Part shown: piece by piece, positions 48,051 through 59,132 of the stretch | Layout: the number at the start of each line of letters is the position of its first letter | How positions within the stretch are numbered: the stretch's first letter is position 1 | NCBI GenBank assembly: GCA_029953675.1 | Contig: JAMWBK010000005.1 | Coordinates: 806,001-870,000, forward strand | DNA from: Rhodosorus marinus CCMP1338 | Lineage: Eukaryota; Plantae; Rhodophyta | DNA: 64,000 bases | Direction: 5' to 3' | Notes under the pieces: model-generated | What the model was told of the DNA's origin: nothing | What the model saw: only the letters and a program-made list of their open reading frames with translations | Database searches by the model: none | Program-made: the position numbers and the translations under genes

Positions 48051-48869
48051 GCTCCGCAAAAACCGCACCAGTACGTGCTGGTAATATCGCCTGCAGATGT
48101 TCGGCAAGGAGGCCACAAGGTCCAGGGCAGGTGTGGCAGGGCATTCGCGAGATCACGGACAATAGAGATTAGTCGCTGGCCTCTCCCTGGTTCCATGCTC
48201 GGGGTGGACTTGCTCGGACTTACTCGAGAATTCGCTGGAGTTCGGACACGATGTTAGGATGTGCTGGTGCTGCTACTGCTTCCGGGAACAGGATTTCGAG
48301 CGCGGTCCAAGTATTAGCGGTTTACAGTGCTATATCTTTAACATCGAGTCTCTGTGCCCCGTGTGATTTTCGTCCGGAGCTCGCCAATTTAATCAATTGC
48401 TGATTGTGCCAATGTTGGGATATTGACTCGGAGCGCCTCTCGCGTGGAGAGCACTGGGTCGACGCCCTTTGAAGTATTGCCGCCTAGGCTCTCTCGAACT
48501 CGCCATGGAGGAGGCAGCCTGTTTTTTCACAGCATTCGAGGTCAGAATATCAAAAAGCCAGCCAGGGAACTACCGAGATGAACGAGCGTAGGCTGTCTGT
48601 CGCGGTCGTATCCATTGCATACTCAAGTACACGCTGGAAGAGCATGTTCCAGTGCTTCTTTTGCGCTTTTAGAATACATCGAGCCTTTCCGAGACTGTGT
48701 GTGACCCTCTACCACGAGTCCCCATTTTTCCAGCTTTTGATCTAGAAAGGTCTAGCACCCAAACTAACGTAACCGTAACCTTTACTGAGAAGTTGCCTAC
48801 CGCAGCGCAACACTGTTTCTAGTAATATCGAAGGGAAGAAGGTACGGTAACCCCGCTACCTGGGTCTCA

Positions 48870-51120
48870 TGCGACGTTCAAAAGAACAAAACAGGGGACA
48901 GTGGATTCTCCAGGGGGTCCAAACGCTGAGCTCCTACAGCAAGCTCCGCGTTCCCTTGCCCAAGCGTCCGGTTGAGATGAGCGCGCACACCGCTCAACTC
49001 GGCACTGTGGTGTAGTAAATGCTTGCAGCTGTCTCGCAAGAATTCCTGGTTGCCATTTGTCCCGGCCGGCCAAAACTCTCTATCGCAATCGGAATGAGCT
49101 TGTCTTCCGGCGTCGCAATCTACATCGCTTCCTTGTAGTGGAGCCATTTCGTGTTCCCTGCGGTTTTCGCTGCGTAGCCGTTCTCAGCCCCACTACGCCG
49201 CAGGTACTTCGCTTGCAGTGGCGAGATTACCGCCACATCCCGTGATACCTCTGGAAGGTCTTCCGATGGGCAGCAATAATCTCCGGTCGCAGTCCGTAGT
49301 CTTCAGAGCAGCTTTCTGGTTTTTGCTTAATGTCTATAAAGTTCCATCGATTCAGCCATCGCGCCAACTCCGTGCAGATTTCGTCGTGCCTGCGCTGCAA
49401 TCGAGATAGGACAATGGTGAATGAGTTGTACACAATTAGTACCGTGCGTACTATGACAACTAGTACACTTCAGTACACATGCTCAATGAATAAGTTTGTT
49501 GCGCGCTTATCGTTTCCACTCGGAAACACGGTCCATCTTTAGAGCAAACTCCAAACGAACCCTAAACAGCCAAGCCTGCTAGCCAGGGTTTTATAGCAGC
49601 AACTACTTGTGGAGGAACATTCAATAGGCGAAATCAAGGAAATCAATACTAGTTACCGCTGTTCTTGACCTGGTCAACCGTTCGAGGCACTTTTCTCGAC
49701 TAAGTGGACCGTTCACAGCTTCTTTTGTTTCCTTCCGACCGTTCACGACCTCTTTTGGTCCCTTCTAGGACTGTCGTGTCACGTTTCCTACTCAGGACTT
49801 CTGCACGTTCTTCCCTTCCCGCTTTGGGACTCGCAACAAATTTTGTTTAATGCGCAACGGCCGGAATCAGTATTCCCAACAGCTGTCGTATGTTGAGGTG
49901 CATTTCAGGAAGGGGTACAATTTTTTCGCTCGAGCGTCGGCAAATCCGGTATATAGACAGCAAGCCGATCCGGAGCCGGCTGCTGACCGAGTTTGGGCCA
50001 GAACTTTGGGGGGATCTGCGGTGGTTTTTTAGCAAGCGTTAGAATGCGGTATGGGGTTCTTCTCGAGAAAGGGTTTGTTGCAGAGAACCATGATTCCAAG
50101 CGCGAGGGTAGTTTCGTGTAACCGCGTACACTTTACTGAAGAGCTCCCCCAGACTAACGTAACCCCGTAACCCCAAACCTCAGGCGATCCCCTTGGATCG
50201 GTTTGACATGCGCTATCCCTGGCTCCTTTTCGGGACGGATTACACAACAAAGCCCCTGATCTAAGGTTAGTCTGGGGTCACCACTGCCCGACTTCGACGG
50301 GACTATGGCAGCGAAGGCCCGACGAAATCTATACGGAGCTGGTGCGATGGATGAATCGATGGATTTTTATCGAGGTTAAGCAAGAACCTGATAGATGCTT
50401 CGACAACTACAGATTGCGACGGTATATCATGGCCACTCATCCCAGGATGTTCCCACGGTATGCGCCGTATGTGACCGTTACCTCGCCACTGCCGGACAAG
50501 TACGTGAACCGTAGTCGGTCAGAGAATGGGTACGCAGCGAAGCGAGCGAAGACGTGGAGAATTGCACACTACAAAGAAAGGATGTCGGGTCACGTCCGAG
50601 AGTACCACTCTATCCAAAGAGTGGCGGCGTGATATACTCGGACTAGACCAAGGCGATACCCATCGCCTGAAGCTACGGGCCACAACGGGCGTACAACAAG
50701 GCGATCCCCTTGGACCGGTCTTACATGCGCTATCCCTGGCTCCTTTTCTGGAAGCATTACACAGCAAAACCCCCTGATCTAAGGTTAGTCCGCGGTGGTG
50801 GTTTCCAAAGAGTGTACGAGCATCCGAGCTGTCAGCGCATGTAGGACCGGTCCAAGGGGATCGCCTTGTTGTACTCCCGTTGTGGCCCGTATACGGTCCA
50901 TGCGGTTGAACGCATTCTCATGGTCGAGCCGTAAAACGAATGCGTCAGGTTCGCACGAGAGGTGTGCCTGGATCGCATGTAGAGATCGTTTGCATCCACC
51001 GCTATCTCCGAACATATTCGTTCCTTCATATCTATTGCTGTTCCTAGTCCACAGGATAGTCGTTACTTGCCGGCTGCGTGAGAGCGCTGTGGATTTGCCG
51101 CTGCCAGTATGAGACGCGCG
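48870..51120. mobile_element. Scrambled family C RLE and RT fragments in both orientations, plus a short family B piece
   Basis: RRHDEICTELARW...DVAVISPL...KWLHYKE...IPIAIESFG on minus (48900-49430) and a homologous piece on plus (50300-50630). GVQQGDPLGPVLHAL recurs at ~50190, ~50700 and ~50860. Confidence 0.82.
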
Positions 51121-51808
51121 AAGAGTTTTTCTTAAAACGTGTGGATTGGCTAGTTGTTTTCGTGAAATCGGATGATCTATACCGACTGGCTACACAATCG
51201 GGTCTGGTCTGTGTGCTACTATAAGGAAAACCATGTGCGTCGACTGCGGCGGGTCATTGTGATCTTGTTCTTGCTCCAATTCCATTGTGAATTAACACCT
51301 CCGATTTTTCAGATCCACTGCCCGATGCTTTGCCCACCAGATGTTGCAACCTGGAGCTTGCCTTTATTTTCTCAAACTACCGAAGGTCCCGTAGTTGACA
51401 GCTCTCTCGCCAACAACGAAAGCGGAACCGAGCTTGCCGCTACGAAAAGCTGGAAAACCACACCCCCGGATGATTTGCTTCGTTAAGAACCAGCGGAAGA
51501 TACCGCCCCCGCGCTGCTGGAGACGCAGGTTTGGATTCGCGGAGGCGTTGTCGGAAGATCGCTCGTAATTCGGGCATAAAAATATCCAAGGGACTGAGTT
51601 CACCACGCCCATCTTCGATCACTCGGACTCGTTCGTTGGCTGTGAATCAAAATTTGCAGCAGTTATGACGCGCATCGCCTGCAGCGGAAAAGAATATCCC
51701 CTCACCCTCTGCAAACCCTTGCGTGAAAGCCTGTTAGGTATTTCCGGCTGATGTGAAGCTATAGGCAATGAGTCGTTTGGAGCGATCCGGCAAGCACAGG
51801 TTATGAAT

Positions 51809-52879
51809 TTAGTAGCTTCTGGGGACAGTTTCATCGGTTATCACTAAAAAATCAGCGGCCTCCTTAAATCCTTTAAGATCGGGCATCTTCTCCAGGTTGC
51901 CGGGCTTAATAATAACCGTCGCAACTTGGACCTTGTCGTCGTAATTGGGTATGTGCTCCATGATACCTAGTCCCTCCTCTACATGGAAAACCCCGCCGAT
52001 ATGCACAATGAGGGGCTGTTCTGCCAAGTTGTTTTCCTTTTCTTTTGACACCGTCGAGCATATAGAGTACGCCATCGAAGCATCCCACAACGATTGGGAG
52101 TCCAGCATTCCCTCAGGGGGATCTGGAACCGGCATATCAGGGGCCAGTGGTTTCCCGCCACGCACGAGCACGGCCATAGTTCTAGCGAACTTCTCGCTGT
52201 ACTTTGTTGAGGGACCAGCATAGGGCAATGGCGGGAGGAACCTCTGAGCCTCGGTAGAAATCGCAGCCTGAAGCCCTTCCCGTCCGACTCGCCTCGCCAA
52301 GGATACATACCGTCGAGGAGCGTTTGAAGCCAACACGTTTACACCATTCTCCTTTGCCATTTCCACTAGGGGCTTGTAGTCTGTGTCATAGTTGAATGGC
52401 AGCCTCGCTCCGTTCTTGAAATCAGACTCCCGTATAGTCCCGTTAAGGTATTCATCGACCACCAGCTGCACGTCTGTTTCCAAACTCTCCATCGACAGCA
52501 CAGGTTTCCTCCCAGGAAGCTCTATAGCCTCCCTCAGAAGTTCCTCCTCAAGCCGATGAGCCACGGGGTCATCATGTGTCTCACCAATCAACAGCGCATC
52601 AGCTCTTTCTACGCTCTTGCTCCTCAGCAGCTCCCTCATAGAATCAATCAGTGACCCAGTCTTCGCATCAAACGCTCGCCATCCTCCCTGAACAGCAGTC
52701 GATCCACCTCCGTCTCGAACATTGTCGTCCTCACCCTTCGTCCTCACGCACATCGAACGCCTCCTCCCCCTCTCAACTCTCACCCCGAGTCTGCGTCCTT
52801 GTACACCGTACAAAACAAACCCAACGCTGCACATGCTAAGCAAAAAATCCCCTCTCCCTCGCCCTCTATCGATTCCCAT
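51809..52879 (-). CDS. ChaN/DUF399 (Tiki-superfamily, haem-binding-like) protein with probable plastid transit peptide; intronless
   Basis: LLIGETHDDPVAH, VLSMESLE, YKPLVEMAK...VLASNAPR, QSLWDASMA and HIGGVFHVEEGLG match the ChaN family pattern. MCSVGFV...RRSMC N-terminus. Confidence 0.85.
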   Translation of the reverse strand: MGIDRGRGRGDFLLSMCSVGFVLYGVQGRRLGVRVERGRRRSMCVRTKGEDDNVRDGGGSTAVQGGWRAFDAKTGSLIDSMRELLRSKSVERADALLIGETHDDPVAHRLEEELLREAIELPGRKPVLSMESLETDVQLVVDEYLNGTIRESDFKNGARLPFNYDTDYKPLVEMAKENGVNVLASNAPRRYVSLARRVGREGLQAAISTEAQRFLPPLPYAGPSTKYSEKFARTMAVLVRGGKPLAPDMPVPDPPEGMLDSQSLWDASMAYSICSTVSKEKENNLAEQPLIVHIGGVFHVEEGLGIMEHIPNYDDKVQVATVIIKPGNLEKMPDLKGFKEAADFLVITDETVPRSY

Positions 52880-53207
52880 CCATCGACTGCCCTCCTATCA
52901 CAAAAATGACTTCCATAAAACTCTTCGTGAGCCTAAACAAAAAAGAAAAAAGGCGCCTCCTGGCAAACCAATCAGCCCTCAAAAATTAAGCACATACACT
53001 TGTACTATACGATATACAAAGCAAGCTCCTTCTTTCCGCCTCCTTCTCCTCCACACCCTTCACACTATCTCAGGTCGAATGCAACCTGTTCATCCTCTAC
53101 TAGACGTAGCGAATAAAAAAATCTCGAGATCTTTGTGACGTGTACTATTTGATACTATACTTCACTAAAACAGTTTCTTAGTAAATTCGGGTTTTGGTTA
53201 GTAGATA

Positions 53208-54100
53208 TTAGTACATAGAACTAATATCTTTCAGAAATGGCGAGATCGTTCTGTCCCCCTCAACCCCAGCGCATGGATGGCCGGAGTGGGACCTTTTGCA
53301 AGCACGTATGAAAGCGAAAACTAGTGACACAGTTTCTCCGGAGTCCGAGCGGCAGGTTTCATCTGGTGGGAGAGCGTAGGACGTACAACCGGACGCTGGG
53401 AAAGCAAACCCCCCACTCAGTGGGTCGGAGGAGCGAAGGTGTTTTTTACAATGTCGCAAGGGGGGACGTATGGATAATAAACAATCGCTTCCAAGTATCC
53501 GGGTCATCCTCAAACCACCCGTCCTCCCCACGATATTCATTCCCGCCTTTCTTCGCTTGACATTGCACTAGGGAACTTTCAGGTCGCTCCTTTCTCAGCG
53601 GACGTCCACCATTCTTCGCTAATTTGCAGAGGAGAGGACACCAATAAATGTCCCTGTTAGCATGGAACGCCGAGTTGTCTTTTTTATGGATAAGCAATTT
53701 CCAGCCAAAAAAAAAAAAGAGTGAGGGACTGTCCAAACTAGGCCCGGTATCGTGAAGATCGGGTCGGTGGGCGCGGTTACAGACTCCGGGAATGACGAGG
53801 TGCGGGTTAAACGACGGCTGATTAACTTGAAAGTAGAAGGCGAAGGTGTCTTGACGGCCCGCAGCTGGCACCGGGACGTCCTTCAACTGGATGGATTTAT
53901 CCGTTTCTCGTCGTATGCGTCATTGTACAGCTGCGCTCAGCAGCTGTTCCCACGATGCTCTTGCAGTGAATCCTACTGCCAGGATCTTCCCTTCGGCGAC
54001 CGCCCTCGCCGGGGGGGGGGGCTCCAGTTTACTCAACGTTCCGCGTAATCTGTATATAACCTTTTAGAAGACTCTCATGACTGCCATCGCCATGGCCATC
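53208..54100 (-). CDS. Possible spliced hypothetical gene
   Basis: Co-oriented open frames 53446-53886 and 53208-53540, plus an upstream open segment. Structure unresolved. Confidence 0.3.
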
Positions 54101-54129
54101 CAAATACTACAACAGGCGGAAACGTTTTA

Positions 54130-54300
54130 CTGACCATCCTGTTGAGTTTCTGGGACTCCCACGCCGTTTAAGTGTCGCTCTCTGGCAATATTCTAGCAGC
54201 ATGCTCCCTGAGGCGCGCCATCGCCGCCTGGGTTTGTACGCTTTTCTCCGTAGTTCCTAGCTCGCAGGACGTGGCTTAGCTTCAGGCTACGTAGTAAAAG
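54130..54300 (+). mobile_element. Solo family A 3' tip between host genes
   Basis: CGCCGTTTAAGTGTCGCTCTCTGGCAATATTCTAGCAGCATGCT...GAGGCGCGCCATCGCCGCCTGGG, then CTTCAGGCTACGTAGTAAAAG. Confidence 0.8.
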
Positions 54301-54573
54301 TCTAACCAATATTGCATTTTCTCGCAGCATAGACATTGACTGATCCAACATTATTGACTGATTCAACGAGTTAATGACTGACTACTGATCTTAAGAAGTT
54401 GACTGATATATTGATATCTTGGCGGAACTGGCTCCAGTTCTCGTTCGCGGTAGGTCGTTGAGCGAGTTGGAGTAGATCGCATCGCTCCGAGGACAGTTTG
54501 CTTTAAGCCACTAGCAAAATCGGCAGAGAGGTAGTAAGTCAAAAATGCGTTATGAGCGGAGACTGCCAAAGCG

Positions 54574-55619
54574 ATGTTGACTTTTTTGGGGGCTTTGGGA
54601 GTGACGAGCCGGAGTAGAGGACGCGTCGCTCCTCTTTGTAGTAACGACAGTGAGAGGTTCTTCAAGGAATCCAATCTGAGCCAGGAGGAGAGGGTGAACC
54701 TGTATAGTATCCTGGAGGAGGCTGACCTTGACGGTGTAGGACAGATCGCGTTGAGACATGCATGGTCGTTGAGTACTTTTCTCGACCGCAGGCCCGTTGC
54801 CGAGTACAATTCGGAGGCGTTCAGGACTGCTCAAGAGTTCTTGAAACACCATAGAGGGCAAGATATCATCATCGATGCTGGATGCGGGACTGGAGTGAGC
54901 ACGGAAATAATCGCCGAGGGAAATCCCGATCAGCTAGTGTTGGGTGTTGACAGGTACAGTTGCTTCTATCAATATTTTTTGCTTCACGATGAATCGAATG
55001 AAGTCGGGAGTCGTAGACTGTGAAAAGGTGTCGGAGACAACAGTTTGGTTCTGAATATTCTGCCTGTGTTGGTCCCTGGCTCCCAGCAGGTCCGAGGTCA
55101 GGATTACTAGAAAAAAGGAGCGGGAAGTTCAGAACGCTCAATTCATCAGAGCGAACTTGGTAGATGTCTGGCGCCTTGCACTGGAGCATCGATGGGTCGT
55201 GAAGAAGCAGTACTTACTCTACCCGAATCCATATCCAAAGAAGACTGATTTGAAGGTAGGCCGAAAAGAATCCTTTCCCAGACCGCTCCGAGGAACGATC
55301 TCATTGGGGTCCCTGGCATGTGCAGAAGCGCTGGCATGGCCATGCATGCTTCCCTCTACTGCTGCAGATCGGGGGCGAGCTTGAGCTTAGATCAAGTTGG
55401 CTGGGCTATGTACAGGAGTTCGCTCATGCGTTGAGAACTCTAGCCCAGGATGAGGAGGTGATGAAATCCTTGGGGCTTGCTGGAAGAGGAATTAAGATTT
55501 CGGAAGTTCAAACAATGCAACTCACCAACAACTACTTGTCCAACTTTGAGAGAAAGTACGCATGCAGTGGGATGCCATTGTACCGCTTGCTCGTGCACTT
55601 TGGAGATCGATCCAGCTAG
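54574..55619 (+). CDS. TrmB-like (tRNA m7G46-type) SAM-dependent methyltransferase, organelle-targeted; introns 54954-55089 and 55256-55325
   Basis: The spliced product reads IIDAGCGTGVST...LGVDRS...FIRANLVDVWRL...YLLYPNPYPKKTDLKKRWHGH..FP.LL..GGELELRSSW..YVQEF...SNFERKY. Confidence 0.82.
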
Positions 55620-57615
55620 CATTGCAGCACGAACAATGGCGAAATTTCAACTAACACGTAAAAGAGTCAAACGATGCTCGCACAGCAGCATGGTTTGCGT
55701 AAGGATCCGTACATGTCTGGCCTTTGCGAAGACTGCAGGGCGTAATCCGAACCAGCCTAGCAACAATAACCGGAAAAGCCGATCTCGCGTGCACGACGCG
55801 ATAATAGCAACCACAATATCCTAACAGTAGCGTCGGGAGCGGAACAACAGCTTCAGCGAACTCGGAGACACCTTCTGGAAGTCACACAACGTGTCAGAGG
55901 GTTAAGCTCCATTCTCTTATGCACTCTCTCGTCCATACAAAGCGTGGATTTCCCCGACCTGAACCTCGAGTTATTGAAACCGAACTGCCTTAGTAAGACG
56001 TTAGTACGGAATCCAAATACTTCCCCACCAGCCCCTCGGAAACTCTGCGGAATATGGATTTTGGGTCGAATAACTTTTAAATTATAATATTTTAAAAACC
56101 TGATTCAGTAGTATTGCCCCGAGTGGGGGGGTAGTCTACCATTTCCCTAGACTTGTAGTTTGTTAGTAAACTACGTGGAGCAGAGTAGAAAACACTTGCT
56201 GTGTTTCGGGAAAGGGCGAGCGCAGTGCGAACCATCCCCGAAATTGCTGGCACCTTGTTCAGTTCAAAACCTCAAAGAAAAGGCGAATATGCAAATGGAA
56301 GGTCTCCTTCAAGCAAACAGATTCTAAGCAAAACATTGACCCAATCCGTAAGCGAATATCAAGAAGATTAAACCACTGGAGGAGACCCGGAGACCTGGTT
56401 TGATAGATGTATATCAATGGTAACACTCGTCTGCGTTTGTAGATTCGATTATTCGTCCGGCTGTTCAGTTGTTCCGGAAACCCCTTAAGCTTTCTTCTTC
56501 AGCATCCAGTTGCGGGCGCTTGTTGAAAAGCATACCCCAGTCCGAGAAGCACTACCGAAGTCCCACCTAGTACCTCGCTCAAACTGCTCCTCGAGGCGAC
56601 AATCTACTGAAACAGATCAAGAGTCCCTAAATAGTTTCGAGGACATGTTACTGGTCCTTGACGACCAATTTCTAATCAAAGTCAAGATTTCAACGCTACA
56701 ACGGGAAGCTAATCGACAATAGAGCAGGTGAACGAACTCTAAGATCCTTATATTTCTCTAAAATCGATAGGCATAGTCAAAAGCCAGTCTCTCAACAGTT
56801 TCGGAATAGATCTTCATGTCCTAAAGCACAAGCTGGGCACCTCGTCCCTCGTCAAAGCTCACCGAAGATGAAGGCGTGGACAGCCTCCCTGAGTCCTCAA
56901 ACACCTCTACCCAGAGGTTCGTTAAGCTTGTCCATCGTCAATAACCTTGTTATCCATTAGGACTTCTCGCTTCATCACAACAAACACTAAAAACCCCGAA
57001 ACCCGAAAGCAGCTTCAAAATCAATGGTTTTGTGAAAACGTCGATGGCCGATTCATTTTGGTCTTCTCGAAGACCAAAATGAAACCGTTGACGAGAAGAC
57101 GAGCGCTGTGATGGTCGTGGGGAGTTTCCCACTTTTAGGAAGGTTTGAAGAGGGCTGTTTGAGAGGGAAAATGAACTAGTGAATAAGATTCCTGTACTTT
57201 TTAAGGAGCGCCATTCATCTGTATTCTGAAGCTGAAAGAGCAAAAGCTTTTGGTAGACCGGAGGAGGGACAAGAGGAGCGTGAGAATTTTGGTATCCGGA
57301 AAGGTTGGCTGAATTTCGCTTTTCTTGAGGATAAGACGGTCCGTTTGAGTGAATGAGCGTGGCTCGGTGGTGTTTGTATCAACGTTATTTTGGATTTGAA
57401 GATGTTGGTTGAGGAGTTTTTGGTCTCCGTAAAGGGTTTGTTCAGCTCACAAAGCAGCCCCAAAGGGGTGAGCGCTTTTAGGTTTGCTCCAGTTTCGTAC
57501 CTGCGGGTCTAGGTGGCGCTTTACTTTTGGGGGGTTGCAGTATTACGCAGAGGCTGCTTTTTCCGTTGTTATTTGGTCCTGTTTTTCACTGTCTCTCTTG
57601 GAGTTTCTGGTTGTC

Positions 57616-59132
57616 ATGGGTTTGAAAGCGACTGGCAATCCTGCTCGGCTGCTTGCAGCGCAAGCGAAGAGCCGAGATTGGACGAAAAAGGGTGCCGTTG
57701 GTGTGCCTGGTAAGAAAGTTCGGCTTATAATCCAATCTGGCTGTTTTGCGGCTGTTGGTGAGGGCTACTCCAACAACGATGCGATTGCGCATGGGAGAAA
57801 TCTAATTTGGAATGAGCAGAGAAAGTTCAAGATAAGGACACCAAGGGTCCTGGAGGATGAGCAGAGAAGAACACTTAGGAAGACTATGAGGGAGATTAGT
57901 CCACGTCTTGAGCAAAGTTTTTCGGAGAGGCTGCGGTTGGAAAGAGTGTTCATTGAATTATCCAGGACCCTCCAGAAGGAGTTTGGAGATGAGGGGGGCA
58001 AGATTCACCGCTTTGGCTCAATGGTTTCAGGGTTGTCTCTACCGGGCGGTGACCTTGACGTGTGCTTGCTATACAGTCTACAGGCAGTGAGGCGACAACA
58101 GCTGGCGATGAAGCAGTCCTTGAAATGCATGCGCGCGATGGGACTCGTCGAACTCCTACCAATCCCACGAGCTTCGGTGCCCATCATCAAGTTCAAGCAT
58201 AGGGAGACGGGTATCAAAGGTGACCTTAGCTTTGGAACCAGTGATGGGGTTATTAATAGCTATCTGCTCAAGGCCTACGCGGAAGTTGTCCCCGGCTTCA
58301 AGAATCTCGCTCGCTTCATCAAGTGGTGGGCGAAGCAGCGAGGAATTGCTGACGCCTCTAAGGGGTATATGAGTTCATACTGCTGGACTTTGCTAGTTCT
58401 ATTTTTCCTCCAGTCGAAACAGGTAGGGAATCTCTTATCAAACGAGCTGCGCGGCACTGTATTCTGCTTGAGCCAAACTTGAAGAGGTCTAACTTGAACT
58501 ATATCTTGGCTTTCTCTCATTGAACCAAGCTCGCTGGAGTCGTTGATACGGGCCCAGCGATGACTGCGCTTCGGCAAAATGCTTCTCGGCGAGACAAGGT
58601 TGACAGTATGGACTGGCTTACTGGAGAGTTTCAAAAAGGGCTACCGAAAATGAGCGGCAACGAATGGCAAATTGACCAACTCGTGGACGGCTTCTTCAGT
58701 TTTTATACGCGACATAATGCCCTAGGGAAATCCGTGGTGAGCACAAGGACAGGGAGGCTGATTCAGCCACAGCATTCGAGATGCCATGTGTTCCGGAATC
58801 CGGCCTTCTTGCACGTTGAAGATCCTCTGCTCGAGCACATCAACGTCTCGAGACATGTCAGGGAGGAAACGATCGAAACGCTTCTCGGTGAGATACGGCG
58901 CGCTCACCAAATCATACGAATATCTGGAGACTTCCGCAAGGTCTGTGCACCGCGAAGACAGCTAGCGGAAGTCAAGCCCAAGAGAGCTAGAGAAAACAAG
59001 GAATCGCGAGACGATGATGAACATCCTCCCGAGTTTGAAGATAATAATGATGATGAGCAGCAGCATACGTCCCTGGATATGCCGAACAGATCTAGAGGAA
59101 GTGTGCAGGGCACCGTCGCGCCTCTAATGTAA
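57616..59132 (+). CDS. Cid1/TUTase-like non-canonical poly(A)/poly(U) polymerase; intron 58423-58529
   Basis: FGSMVSGLSLPGGDLDVCL (GS, DxD), ASVPIIKF...GDLS, FIKWWAKQRGI...GYMSSYCWTLLVLFFLQ and the PAP-associated LHVEDPL...NVS. Phase-0 intron with a CTAAC branch site. Confidence 0.9.

Noticed and set aside
56200-57463. Minus-strand gene divergent from the TUTase gene
   Set aside because: There are short ORFs and plausible splice sites, but I could not assemble a consistent reading frame or recognise a domain.
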